From an uncultured Gammaproteobacteria bacterium (GTDB lineage Bacteria; Patescibacteriota; Microgenomatia; Daviesbacterales; UBA10151), in NCBI GenBank assembly GCA_964625535.1, contig CAZVEX010000005.1, positions 3,477 to 67,476 on the forward strand: a stretch of DNA of 64,000 nt, written 5' to 3'. The notes below the pieces were generated by a model. The model saw only the letters and a program-made list of their open reading frames with translations, made no database searches and had not been told where the DNA came from. The first letter of the stretch is position 1. Each line of letters begins with the position of its first letter. The translations under genes and the position numbers were made by a program. Positions 29,689 to 39,300 of this stretch are shown piece after piece.

Positions 29689-30695
29689 GATGAACTCCCT
29701 GCCGCCTTAGCTGTTATTATCAAAGGCGGTAAAACCTGACCGCCCAATTCTACCTGCAAGACATCAAAATTATATCCTTCCTTTTCCAGCTCCAGGGTAT
29801 AAGTGCCGTTGGGCAGTGGAGTTGAACCGCTAAACTGGCCCAGCTTATTGGTTTTTAGCGCGCGGACCGGTAAGCCTTCTTTATCATAAATAACCGTTAC
29901 CACCGCTTCCAGGTAATTCCCGGCAAGATCTTTAATAATGCCGTTTATTACATTGGGAAAGGTGGTCAGGGCAACTTGAGCCTGTTTGGGTTTGACAGGA
30001 ATGACTACTTTGACTTTTTCTATTGGGAGAGGGGGCAGAGGAGGGGGAGGCTTAACTTCATCAAGCCGGCTTCTTATTTGTGAAGCCTGAGACACCAGTT
30101 TTTGCAGTTCGGACATGATCTCACTGACCTGCTGGCTGTAATCAATGGGTACAGGAGAGGGTTTGGTGGCTTCATTCCGGATTTGGTGCAAAGCTCGCTC
30201 CGCCTGGATAATTCTCACCTGCAGCCCTTGGGCCTGTCTGGCCAGATCGACTGTTTTGCCAAGATCCTCGGTTGTGGGAAGAGATGGTAGAGATGGCGGG
30301 GGCGGAGCGGGGGGAGCAGATTCTTTGACCGGCTGGGGTCCCAGACTGGCAACATACATCACATAACGGCTTTTAAAAAGCGGATTTTCCCGAAAACCCT
30401 GACCCATTTTTTTCCAGGACCTTTTTGTGGGAGAATAAATCGTTTTTAAAAAAGTGGCCACCCAGTAATCCAGGGGGCGGGAGGCAAAAGGCAAAAAGGC
30501 AAAGGCCAAACCCAACAGGCTGGAGATGATAATCAGCGGCCAGGCTACTAAGGGGTAATCCTTGGCCACAGTCACAAATATAAGATAGGCAAACCCCGCG
30601 CCCCCGGCCAAATACAAAAACTGTTTTAGGGTCATATCCCCTACCAGGTGGAATTGAAAAGAGGTGACATTTTGCGGAATAGGATGCGGCTCCAT
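29685..30695 (-). CDS. PrgI-family protein (VirB3 analogue) with C-terminal beta-sandwich domain
   Basis: HPIPQNV..FQF.LVG.MTLKQF, two TM helices, RPLD.W; C-terminal VRALKTNKLGQF...LPNGTY. Confidence 0.8.
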   Translation of the reverse strand: MEPHPIPQNVTSFQFHLVGDMTLKQFLYLAGGAGFAYLIFVTVAKDYPLVAWPLIIISSLLGLAFAFLPFASRPLDYWVATFLKTIYSPTKRSWKKMGQGFRENPLFKSRYVMYVASLGPQPVKESAPPAPPPPSLPSLPTTEDLGKTVDLARQAQGLQVRIIQAERALHQIRNEATKPSPVPIDYSQQVSEIMSELQKLVSQASQIRSRLDEVKPPPPLPPLPIEKVKVVIPVKPKQAQVALTTFPNVINGIIKDLAGNYLEAVVTVIYDKEGLPVRALKTNKLGQFSGSTPLPNGTYTLELEKEGYNFDVLQVELGGQVLPPLIITAKAAGSSS

Positions 30696-30724
30696 AGCTG
30701 AACTTCTTTATACCTCGTGAAAAT

Positions 30725-30843
30725 ACTATAGTCTAGGGGTACAAAATAGGTCAAAAAATGGCAATTTCAACCATTATATGAGTAACTACAATGTACTGAT
30801 ACAATATTTAGTGGGTTGACATCATCAGTTTTCCTGATATCCT
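30725..30843. promoter_or_regulatory. Divergent sigma70-type promoters for prgI (-) and the riboswitch transcript (+)
   Basis: Minus strand TTGACC(30754)-18-TATAGT(30730); plus strand TTGACA(30816)-16-TATCCT(30838) with an extended -10 TG. Confidence 0.6.
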
Positions 30844-30844
30844 G

Positions 30845-30990
30845 AAAGTGTGGTGTTTCACTCCGATGGTATATCGGAGAAGGAACAAAAAGGGAACTCT
30901 GTGTAAGTCAGAGACTGTGCCGCAACGGTGATTCCAGAGATACTGGATTAGTCCGGAGACCGACCACATTTTAGATCCCGTAGCAGGAGC
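30845..30990 (+). ncRNA. Cobalamin (B12) riboswitch-like leader
   Basis: Closing helix TGTGGT/ACCACA; CTCCGAT/ATCGGAG hairpin; AAAAGGGAA; T-loop hairpin CTCTG-TGTAAGT-CAGAG; ACTGT-GCCGCA-ACGGT; short hairpin TCCAG/CTGGA; B12-box-like AGTCCGGAGACCGACC; small hairpin covering the AGGAG SD before ATG 30994. Confidence 0.82.
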
Positions 30991-30993
30991 AAT

Positions 30994-32391
30994 ATGCTAG
31001 TAGAAGCGCCTCAATTTTCAACCACCCCAAAAGATTTAGCCGGTGGTCATTATGACCCTAACTTTCATTGGGAAGATACAATAGTCATTGCCAGACCAAT
31101 TGAGCGAATTTTACCCCCTCCAGAGGTTCAGGAACCGCAGTATCAACCAGTAGAGCTAGCAACCGGCTTGGTTATCAATCACCAGTTAAGAAAAGCCAAG
31201 TGGGATTCAGCCAAGGAAATAAAACGTTTTATATACGATATCAACGCAGGTTTAGAAAACGGGAATAATTTATCTGAAGCAGTCAACGCATCAGCAGGCG
31301 AGATTGTCAACAACATTGTGGCTTATTATAATGAGATTACCAGACAAAAACCCTTTTTAGTGCATACCAACAGATTTGATGAGTATAAAGGGCAAAGAAG
31401 GCTGGTGGGTAATAATGGTAGACCGGTGGTTGATGCCATCACAGCCGAGGAAAGAAAAGGCGCTGTTTTACAAGCCTCCCAAAAAATCGAAGCTGATTTA
31501 CTTGATGCTCCTAATAACTCCTTTATGGTCTTGATGAGTCCCGCCGGTTTAAATGGTTTTGTAGGTGAACATGGTCAAAGGTTGTCTCACTTAAATACCG
31601 AAGTAATGATTTTTTGGAAAAATCAAAACGGTTTGTTAAAAGGAGGTACGCTGGTTTTGGATTTAATGTACCAGCAAGCAGAAATGGTGATGGCGGATTT
31701 GGGAGTGACAAAAAAGCTCAGCGATGCAGATGAACTGGAAAGACTTGCCAATATTGTCAGAAACCCGATCTTATTTGCCTTTCCCCGCTCGGATATGACT
31801 CCTTTTGAGTATGTTTTAGATAAAATACTTGCGAGAAGAGGTAGCAGCGATTTCAGATTGCGTCAGCAAGACGGTAGCATAGAAACACGATCCATAGCAG
31901 AGGTCAGAGCCGATATCAGAGGATTTGATAAGATTTTGGAATTAACCGACGAGGAAGAAAAATGTCTTGCTGGATTCAGGCAGTTTATTTTGGATAATCA
32001 GGAAAGAGTTAACGAAAAAGGTGTTCAGCAGGCAATTATTAACAGGATGGGAAAAGCAGTCCTGATTATGGCAAGAATATATCTAGAAAGTAAAAATCCT
32101 GACCGAATGATCGCTTTTCATTCCCCCCAGCCTTCCGCATCTTATCACGAGGATAATTTTGATAGAGAAATTGCTTATCTTTTGACCAGAGCAGGTTGTC
32201 CGCCAGGGGGATCTTCAGGGTTGAGGGTTTTGAGTGGAATAAGTTTAGGTTCAGGTTTTTCCGGTTTCGGAGGAGGGGGAAAGAGTGAATGGTTTTGTAT
32301 TCGCTGTGGAGCTTGCGGAGCCTTGATTAATTGTGTGGTCAGGCCGGGAGAAAAATGCCCGGTTTGTCCGGCTGTTAGGCAATGCTCGTAA
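30994..32391 (+). CDS. Hypothetical protein with Gly-rich linker and C-terminal Cys-rich Zn-ribbon
   Basis: 465-aa ORF with AGGAG SD; ends CIRCGACGALINC...CPVC...C. Confidence 0.75.
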   Translation: MLVEAPQFSTTPKDLAGGHYDPNFHWEDTIVIARPIERILPPPEVQEPQYQPVELATGLVINHQLRKAKWDSAKEIKRFIYDINAGLENGNNLSEAVNASAGEIVNNIVAYYNEITRQKPFLVHTNRFDEYKGQRRLVGNNGRPVVDAITAEERKGAVLQASQKIEADLLDAPNNSFMVLMSPAGLNGFVGEHGQRLSHLNTEVMIFWKNQNGLLKGGTLVLDLMYQQAEMVMADLGVTKKLSDADELERLANIVRNPILFAFPRSDMTPFEYVLDKILARRGSSDFRLRQQDGSIETRSIAEVRADIRGFDKILELTDEEEKCLAGFRQFILDNQERVNEKGVQQAIINRMGKAVLIMARIYLESKNPDRMIAFHSPQPSASYHEDNFDREIAYLLTRAGCPPGGSSGLRVLSGISLGSGFSGFGGGGKSEWFCIRCGACGALINCVVRPGEKCPVCPAVRQCS

Positions 32392-32434
32392 AATCAACCT
32401 CATTTCCGTCAGGATTTTGTAAGGAATAAATCAA

Positions 32435-32460
32435 GCACTTCGCTTGCGCTCAGTGTAAAC
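32435..32460 (+). repeat. Interspersed REP-like repeat, copy 1 (GCACTTCG-N5-GCTCAGTGTAAAC)
   Basis: Shares 8 + 13 identical nt with the reverse complement of 48994-49018. Confidence 0.7.
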
Positions 32461-32523
32461 TTGTCGCAGAAATTGACAATTAGTTCACAAAAACCATACA
32501 CTAAAATGAGTAAAGAAATAATT

Positions 32524-35500
32524 ATGGCAGAAACAGCAGAAGCGCCGGTTCAAGCTCCCGAAGGGGAGACATTCTCACCCGCAGATGCGCCGGATACGGC
32601 TGCCGGAGTTGAAAGATTTTTAAACCGAACCCCCCGTGATTTATCTGCCCTCGGGGATGTCCCTCCCGAAGATGCAGAAACTCAACCATCTGCGGATGGG
32701 GGTGGAACAGCAGCGGTAGGAGAAGGAGGAAGAGGTAGGGGTTCTGACGGCCCCGGCGGTAGAGGCCCGGAAGAACCACTTGAACCCCCAGAAGGATTCA
32801 GAAGATTTGATTGGGAGGGGCATTTAGAAGTACTGTGGAGTCCGGAGTTTAGAGCTGAAATGTGGGATACTGTAGAACAACTTAGCATAATTGAGGCTTG
32901 GCCGACGGAGCTAAAATATGATGGTGGTGAAACTGAGCGATATTCCAACGACCTTTTTAAATATTGGAAATATCTGGAATCTTTGGATAACAAAAGATCA
33001 TATGAAAGCAAACCATTTACCCCGGCAGATTTTGAGCCGATAAAGATTACTCCTGAAGTGCTGGAACAACCAGAAGACAAACTAACCGATTTACAACCAT
33101 TTAAAGTTGTGTTTGAACGTTATCAGAGTTCGCGTAATTCTGAAGGTGAAGTAAGCAGATATTTTAATGAGATGAGGAGAATGGGGCTTGTAAACGGCGT
33201 AGATGATTCTTTGAAAAGCATTTATGCCCAAATAATGCAGGGTATGGAAATGGTGACGGAGGAAGATGGTAGAGGAGCAAGGAGAAGAATGGATAAGGAT
33301 GAGATTATGGACAGGGTAGAAAAAGCCCGGGCAGCCATGGTTAGATCAGCAGAAAGAGCTCTGAAAACATTGAAGCGATCTGATTCAACGAAAGTAGATT
33401 TAGTAAAAATAGGCAAATTAGAAGGGGGATTGGAAGCCTATATTGAGCTGGGAGTTGGCAGATTTGACCTGTTGTTGACAGGTGGAGGATTGATGCAACC
33501 TCCGGGTATCGAAGGTGAATTCGACTTCAATATAGGGGATGTTGGGTCGGAAAGTGCTGTAGCCTTTAGAAGGTTGGCTGCTGAAGGAGAAATCTTCTGG
33601 CGTCCGACCTGGGCCAATTATTTTGAAGTATCTGCCAGAACTCCGCAGCAATTCCAGAGAGCAATAGAAACTTTTATCCGGTGGATGAGAACAGGTCTTG
33701 GAAAAGATCCTGAGGATCTTTTCCAAAAAGTAAACGGATTTAAAGAGGCTTTAACTGCTGCCGGTCAAAGAGCAGGCCCTGAAGCACAAGAATATACAGT
33801 AGGGTTAAGGTTGCTGCTGGAGATTTTAATGGGGGTAATAGGCGCTGATTTTTCCAATGAACAATATAAGGCTGCCAACTTCAAGGCTTTTTGGCAGTTT
33901 GCAGCAAAAAACGAAGGTCCTGACAGAATGCTTCAGCTGGCCAAAGCATTCAGAGGCATATTACCTGTAGTTTTACATAAATTTGATAAAGATATCACTA
34001 ATGAACTATTGTTTTCTCCTCATGGCTCAAGAGGGCAGTTAATGGGTAGAGAACGCAATGCTATCGAAATGGATGATCTGCAAAAGCAAAAATTGGCAAT
34101 ATTAACAGCACAGATAATGGGTATTGCTATGAAAGGTTATCATCCTGATGATGCTGAACAAATTCTGGATAGTAATATGTATAAGAGAAATTTGGCTGAA
34201 ATAACCAAGTTTAAATCAGATGAGTATTTTGAAAACTTGTATGAGGGGTTTGATCCGGCCGAGCAGGAAGCACTTCTTAGACAATTGGAAGCACACCCCC
34301 TCATACGAAATATTAAGTTTGCAAAGCTGGTTAATGAACAGGCTTTTATCGGGCCACTAACACCAGAACAAACACAATTTTATAAGGATTGGAAATCAGG
34401 CGATCTGATTAAATCTATCCAGGAAAAAGAACAAAACATCAAGTTCGCCAGATGGGTCCAAGCACAGATTGATAAAGGTGAGCAGCCTGAATTAAGCGGA
34501 AAAAGGCTACAAATTTATAATGACTGGAAAGAGAATGCATTGCCCCGTCCCCCAATTGCCTTATCACAGCTGCAAGCCTGGGAAAGACTGGATAGAGCCA
34601 GCAGGATTCAACAGTATCTGGCAGCAGGCAATGACCCCGATAAATTAACCGGAGAAGACAAAATCATGTATGAGGAGGCCAAAAATGTTGTTACTTTGGC
34701 TTATGAGCTGTATGGAGCAATGGGTGAAAAAGCCAAAAGGGGTGGAGGTGTTTTCCTGGTAGAGAGAAGCAAACCAGATGGTACTGTCATGAGAGATTTG
34801 CAGGGCCAGCCAGTGGTTGATTATATCCCGGTTCATTGGGCGGAAAAATTTGTCCATTTTGCCGAAAATTGGACCAAAGCTACTTATGGCGACCTGCCTG
34901 CAGCCGAATTGAAATATAGGGTAGACCAAGCTAGGAGAATGGCTACCTGGGCTTTAAAAACCTATGGATATGATGCAAAGCTATGGGATTTTACCCTACT
35001 CAGGAATGGTAAGCCTGTAGATCCTAATACTTTGGGTTATAGCAAATATGGTCAAGATCTTAGTAAAAGTGAAAGCGACCCAGTAGAAAGGATAGAAAGG
35101 TTTAGATATGCGCCTCCTGAAAACCCAAGAATTTTGGGTTATAACTCTAAAGGCGAGGAAGTAATCTTAGTTTTTGATGATGATGGTAGGCCTGTTGGTT
35201 TGGAGTTTGATCGAGATAACAAAGCTGTTATTTATGATAAGTTTTTTGTCAAAATAGATGAAAGAGGGAGACCTGTAGATCAAGAGGGCAATCCCGTCGC
35301 GCCTACCCAAACTAATCGTATTATTTTTGATAATTTTGATAAAGCAGAGCCAATGCTACTTAAAATACCCAGAGGGACTATAGATCCTAAGACCGGCAAA
35401 ATGATAGTACAGGGTGAGCCGGAGAAGGTGCATATAGGTTTTGATGCGATCACTCACCGCTTTCCCTCTCATCCTTATTCCCGCTGGACAGGTCATCCTT

Positions 35501-36663
35501 ATTGGGGTTATCAGGAAGAAGATACAGGATTGGTTTTAAGCCCCGAATCTTTTGATGCTGCCAGAAGAATCAAAAACGGCCAGTTGCGACCGGAAGATGC
35601 ACCGCCTCATGCAGTCCAGCTTTTAATAGTTGATCCAACTCTGGAACGCGTTGGCCATTTTGATTTAGAAAGCTTAGAAGCTGTGGTTGGCCTGGCTGCT
35701 GTAGAGGAGTCATATCAAGCTCACTGGAGAATTGGGGACGAGCTGTATATGAATTTTTTCCCTGAAGACGCTTCCCGTGTTAAAAACCGCACTGCTTATA
35801 TCTTGCAGGATCATGGCGGTTCTACTAAGCAGTGGTTTCACATTAGAGCCGAAGCTGCCCTGTGGCCTGATTCTAGAGTGAGAAGACTTAGGATTTTTAC
35901 TCCCTTTATACCTTTACCCTTTGCTTCCATGTCTGAAATGTGGGGGGCACCGGGAGGAGCGCTGGATGTTTTCAGAATGATGGGATATGAAAAGTACAAG
36001 ATGGTTGGACAGTTTGCCATGGATAAGTGGGTTAATCAAATAGATGGAGCCCAGGATGTGTACGAGAGTATAGCTGACTGGTATAGCCCACAGGAGAAGA
36101 GACTTAAAGAAGGGTTGGGTAGAAAACTTAACAATGAAGCTGATGTAAACCTAAAGAAGCATTATCAGCAGGTTGTGATAACTGGAGAACTTCAACCTGG
36201 ACCATCAACCCGTGAAGATATATATGAGCAGTATCTTGTTAGTTCCAGAGATTCATTAAATAGAGAGGAAGTTCTCCAGCAAAGAAACACGGTTCTAGGA
36301 TCTTTTATGAGGGGAGAACGTGCTCCTTTATGGCTGGAAGGTATAGATACTTTTCTAAAGGAGGACTTGGTGGACAAGAAGACCGGTAAAATTACCAAGA
36401 AGGGTGATTTTAATCCTAAAATTGATGAGATGAGAGATTCAGGTTCATCAAGACACACAAACAGGATATTTCACTATAGGTATGCCAGATTTATAAGGTC
36501 TCCAGCGGGACAAGCTTTATACCCTGATACGGCCAGGTATTATGCATTATTGGATAATCCTCTAGCTGATTATCCAAGGTTGGTTGAGGAATTTGCGGGA
36601 ACAGGGAAGAGCCCGGCACAAGTAACTGGATGGGATTGGTTAGACAGTAAAATGAATAATTAG
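32524..36663 (+). CDS. Very large soluble orphan protein (~1380 aa)
   Basis: Long uninterrupted ORF; acidic disordered N-terminus; no TM or signal peptide seen; TTGACA-18-TACACT upstream; start uncertain (32506 or 32524). Confidence 0.8.
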   Translation: MAETAEAPVQAPEGETFSPADAPDTAAGVERFLNRTPRDLSALGDVPPEDAETQPSADGGGTAAVGEGGRGRGSDGPGGRGPEEPLEPPEGFRRFDWEGHLEVLWSPEFRAEMWDTVEQLSIIEAWPTELKYDGGETERYSNDLFKYWKYLESLDNKRSYESKPFTPADFEPIKITPEVLEQPEDKLTDLQPFKVVFERYQSSRNSEGEVSRYFNEMRRMGLVNGVDDSLKSIYAQIMQGMEMVTEEDGRGARRRMDKDEIMDRVEKARAAMVRSAERALKTLKRSDSTKVDLVKIGKLEGGLEAYIELGVGRFDLLLTGGGLMQPPGIEGEFDFNIGDVGSESAVAFRRLAAEGEIFWRPTWANYFEVSARTPQQFQRAIETFIRWMRTGLGKDPEDLFQKVNGFKEALTAAGQRAGPEAQEYTVGLRLLLEILMGVIGADFSNEQYKAANFKAFWQFAAKNEGPDRMLQLAKAFRGILPVVLHKFDKDITNELLFSPHGSRGQLMGRERNAIEMDDLQKQKLAILTAQIMGIAMKGYHPDDAEQILDSNMYKRNLAEITKFKSDEYFENLYEGFDPAEQEALLRQLEAHPLIRNIKFAKLVNEQAFIGPLTPEQTQFYKDWKSGDLIKSIQEKEQNIKFARWVQAQIDKGEQPELSGKRLQIYNDWKENALPRPPIALSQLQAWERLDRASRIQQYLAAGNDPDKLTGEDKIMYEEAKNVVTLAYELYGAMGEKAKRGGGVFLVERSKPDGTVMRDLQGQPVVDYIPVHWAEKFVHFAENWTKATYGDLPAAELKYRVDQARRMATWALKTYGYDAKLWDFTLLRNGKPVDPNTLGYSKYGQDLSKSESDPVERIERFRYAPPENPRILGYNSKGEEVILVFDDDGRPVGLEFDRDNKAVIYDKFFVKIDERGRPVDQEGNPVAPTQTNRIIFDNFDKAEPMLLKIPRGTIDPKTGKMIVQGEPEKVHIGFDAITHRFPSHPYSRWTGHPYWGYQEEDTGLVLSPESFDAARRIKNGQLRPEDAPPHAVQLLIVDPTLERVGHFDLESLEAVVGLAAVEESYQAHWRIGDELYMNFFPEDASRVKNRTAYILQDHGGSTKQWFHIRAEAALWPDSRVRRLRIFTPFIPLPFASMSEMWGAPGGALDVFRMMGYEKYKMVGQFAMDKWVNQIDGAQDVYESIADWYSPQEKRLKEGLGRKLNNEADVNLKKHYQQVVITGELQPGPSTREDIYEQYLVSSRDSLNREEVLQQRNTVLGSFMRGERAPLWLEGIDTFLKEDLVDKKTGKITKKGDFNPKIDEMRDSGSSRHTNRIFHYRYARFIRSPAGQALYPDTARYYALLDNPLADYPRLVEEFAGTGKSPAQVTGWDWLDSKMNN

Positions 36664-36677
36664 AAGCGCGCCGAAAT

Positions 36678-38522
36678 TTATCCTCCCTGTTTATACGGCT
36701 TAATTTTTCCGCTGCTAGCATCCGAATAAATTTTGAATTTCTCTCTTATACTAGGTTGGTATTGAAGTGGGTTATATGTCCAGCCTGTTGGTTGGCCTGT
36801 TTTCGGATCAAACCCCGTTGGCATGTATGCAGGTGTTCCAAATAACCCTCTGGCTCTGGCAAGATTGCCGCTGGCAGCGCCAACTCCCTGCTGGGCCTGT
36901 TGGCCGTATCCTCTGCCGGCGGCAATCCCCCCTGAAATTTCCTGGCCGATCAGTTGTCCAGCTACTCCCACTCTGCCAATAGTTCTGGCAAGAATATCTG
37001 GAATAGCTGGGGTGGCAACTAATGCTCCAAAAGCCAGGAGCAGCTTGATGAAATCCAATCCCATTCCGCCAAAAAGAGGAAAGGTAAAAGTTCCTGTAAT
37101 CTCGACAGGGCCTTGAGCCCCCACTGTAGAAACTAAACCATTACTGACCGTAGCTCCACCTGAATCAGATACTTTAAATGGACCATACGGACCATTTGCA
37201 GAACCCAGCATAAAAGCCACAAAATAAAATACAGCTATCACAGCGGGGAATGCCAAAATATTAGCCAGCATATTTAATATCCAGCTGGTGGCAATCCCCT
37301 GTCTGCCTGGAAGGGCTGCTGCCAAAAATTGAAACGGGGCAGTGATTGTTAAAAATATGATGGTTAAATAAACGTTGATCAAGCGCATTAACAGTTTAAA
37401 CATGGCGTATAACAATATGGCTGTAACAACCAAAGCAAAAAGCGCACCTACTATTGCTGTGGGTCCTATAGGTCCTGTAGCTGTATTAAGAACGGCTAAG
37501 CCTTGTAGGGCTGCAATTATACCTTCACCAAATTTAGGTATAAGTTTGAGCCACTCAAAAGCCTGACCGGTTATTTGTGCACTAACTAAGGCTGCCAGTG
37601 TTACCAAAAGGCGCTGTGCATCATTATGAATATCATCCCAGAAAGAATTTAATACCTCAGTTACCTTTTCTTTATTAGCTACTGTGGCAAATTTACTAAA
37701 GATACTGATAAGATTTGGTTTGCGACCGGTGTTAGGATCCGGGGAATCTAAATCCTGAACTAAGTTTTGAGGGGTACCTCTGACAGTAGAAAAATAAGCC
37801 CCAACTATATTAGTACCAATAAAGGCTGTATCAGAAATTAAAGAGGCCAAGAAATAGGAAAAAGTGATTAAGATCAGGCCAATTACCAGGCCGGGTAAAG
37901 CGGCCTGGGCAGTAATGACTGTTTGGGGGTTGATTCTGTTTCTAAACATTACCATGAGTCCTATCACCACAAAAATAATGATCATAAATACATAAGAGAT
38001 ATTTCTGGATACCTGCCACAAAGTTAAAATCGGGTTTAACACCTGGGCTCCTGACCCGATCACCTGAGCTTTAGCCTCTTTGATAATTCCCAACCCCTGT
38101 CCCACCGATGCCAAATAATCAACCGTCCTAACAGGCGGGTTGGCATATAAAACGCCGATCAAAGAAGTGGTGGCTCCCAGTGCCCCTCCTCCCAGATTAA
38201 CCCGGGATAAAACCGGCACCGACTGTATGGCCCCTTGGGCATCTTTGGTAACCTGATAACTTAAACAGGGCTGGCCAATCACCGATGAACCAACAGACAG
38301 ACAGGAGAATGTATGGAATAAATTATGGACCAAAAGATCGGTGTAAATGGGGGAAGTAGGAGAAACGGTAGTTGGTAGGTTGTAGGTGGAGGCTTGCCCT
38401 GACGAAGGAAGGGTTTGGGCAAAAGCGGTAGGTACAAGCAGTAAGAATAAGGCAGTAAGAATAAAGCTTAAAAAAATCTTAATTCTGAATTCTAAATTCT
38501 GAATTCTAAAGTCTAAAGTCAT
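36678..38522 (-). CDS. VirB6/TrbL-like polytopic membrane protein
   Basis: Signal-like N-terminus, W..SRNI.Y, many TM helices, I.APF..LAAALPG...W, Gly-rich C-tail; T4SS context. Confidence 0.65.
   Translation of the reverse strand: MTLDFRIQNLEFRIKIFLSFILTALFLLLVPTAFAQTLPSSGQASTYNLPTTVSPTSPIYTDLLVHNLFHTFSCLSVGSSVIGQPCLSYQVTKDAQGAIQSVPVLSRVNLGGGALGATTSLIGVLYANPPVRTVDYLASVGQGLGIIKEAKAQVIGSGAQVLNPILTLWQVSRNISYVFMIIIFVVIGLMVMFRNRINPQTVITAQAALPGLVIGLILITFSYFLASLISDTAFIGTNIVGAYFSTVRGTPQNLVQDLDSPDPNTGRKPNLISIFSKFATVANKEKVTEVLNSFWDDIHNDAQRLLVTLAALVSAQITGQAFEWLKLIPKFGEGIIAALQGLAVLNTATGPIGPTAIVGALFALVVTAILLYAMFKLLMRLINVYLTIIFLTITAPFQFLAAALPGRQGIATSWILNMLANILAFPAVIAVFYFVAFMLGSANGPYGPFKVSDSGGATVSNGLVSTVGAQGPVEITGTFTFPLFGGMGLDFIKLLLAFGALVATPAIPDILARTIGRVGVAGQLIGQEISGGIAAGRGYGQQAQQGVGAASGNLARARGLFGTPAYMPTGFDPKTGQPTGWTYNPLQYQPSIREKFKIYSDASSGKIKPYKQGG
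38481..38522. repeat. In-frame heptamer tract forming the N-terminus of the VirB6-like protein
   Basis: AATTCTG AATTCTA AATTCTG AATTCTA AAGTCTA AAGTCAT, encoding MTLDFRIQNLEFRI. Confidence 0.85.
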
Positions 38523-38571
38523 ATTTTAACACTAAAACAATTTTTTCTTATTTGCAACACTTCGACTAGCC

Positions 38572-38898
38572 TTATGGGTTGGGTTGGCACCATGGCAAGC
38601 CCGCTCCTCCGCAAAGCGCTCTGATATCAAAAAATGTTACTTTTACTCCGGTCACCGCTTCAATAAGCTGCAGAATTATCCAGGCTATGGCCAAAAAAAG
38701 TATCCCCAATAAAGCCCAGGTGACAGTTAAATGGGCAGCTTGTATAGCCTTGGGTTCTCCGCCTGAAGTTAAATATTTGATTCCGGCCCAGGTAAGCACG
38801 ACCAAAGAGGCAATAAAGCCCAATCCTACTATGACGGAAATGCCTTTGGAAAAAACCTCTTCAATTTGTTGCAAACCGGCAGGTGAAGGATTGAGCAT
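38572..38898 (-). CDS. VirB2/TrbC-like pilin paralogue 1
   Basis: Two TM helices joined by GIKYLTSGGEPKAIQAA..T.TWALLG. Confidence 0.78.
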   Translation of the reverse strand: MLNPSPAGLQQIEEVFSKGISVIVGLGFIASLVVLTWAGIKYLTSGGEPKAIQAAHLTVTWALLGILFLAIAWIILQLIEAVTGVKVTFFDIRALCGGAGLPWCQPNP

Positions 38899-38934
38899 AT
38901 ATTAAGGTTAGCACTAATAGGGTATAAAGATCAA

Positions 38935-39261
38935 TTATGAGGGGCTGGGGTTGGGGGTGGGGATAACAATGTTGGTTATGTTCAATCCTGTGAATTGTCC
39001 GGCCACTCTGGCCAGGGCAAAAGCCACAGCCAAAACAGCCAAGCCAATCAAGGCATTGATAATTCTATTTCTGGCCTTGCTGACGGCCTCTTTGTCTCCG
39101 CCGGAAGTAATCCATTCAAACGCTCCCCAGATTAGCATTACCAGAACTACCAGCAGTCCCAGACTAAAAGCCAGCAATAGAAAATTGCTGATAAACTCGC
39201 CCAAACTGGCATAACCTTTACCTTGGGGAGGGGTAATAGTAATGGTAGGAGCCGGACTCAT
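38935..39261 (-). CDS. VirB2/TrbC-like pilin paralogue 2
   Basis: GAFEWITSGGDKEAVSKARNRIINALIGL. Confidence 0.8.
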   Translation of the reverse strand: MSPAPTITITPPQGKGYASLGEFISNFLLLAFSLGLLVVLVMLIWGAFEWITSGGDKEAVSKARNRIINALIGLAVLAVAFALARVAGQFTGLNITNIVIPTPNPSPS

Positions 39262-39300
39262 AATCTAATCTTATTCACAAAACTATTTACTTGTCAAGCA

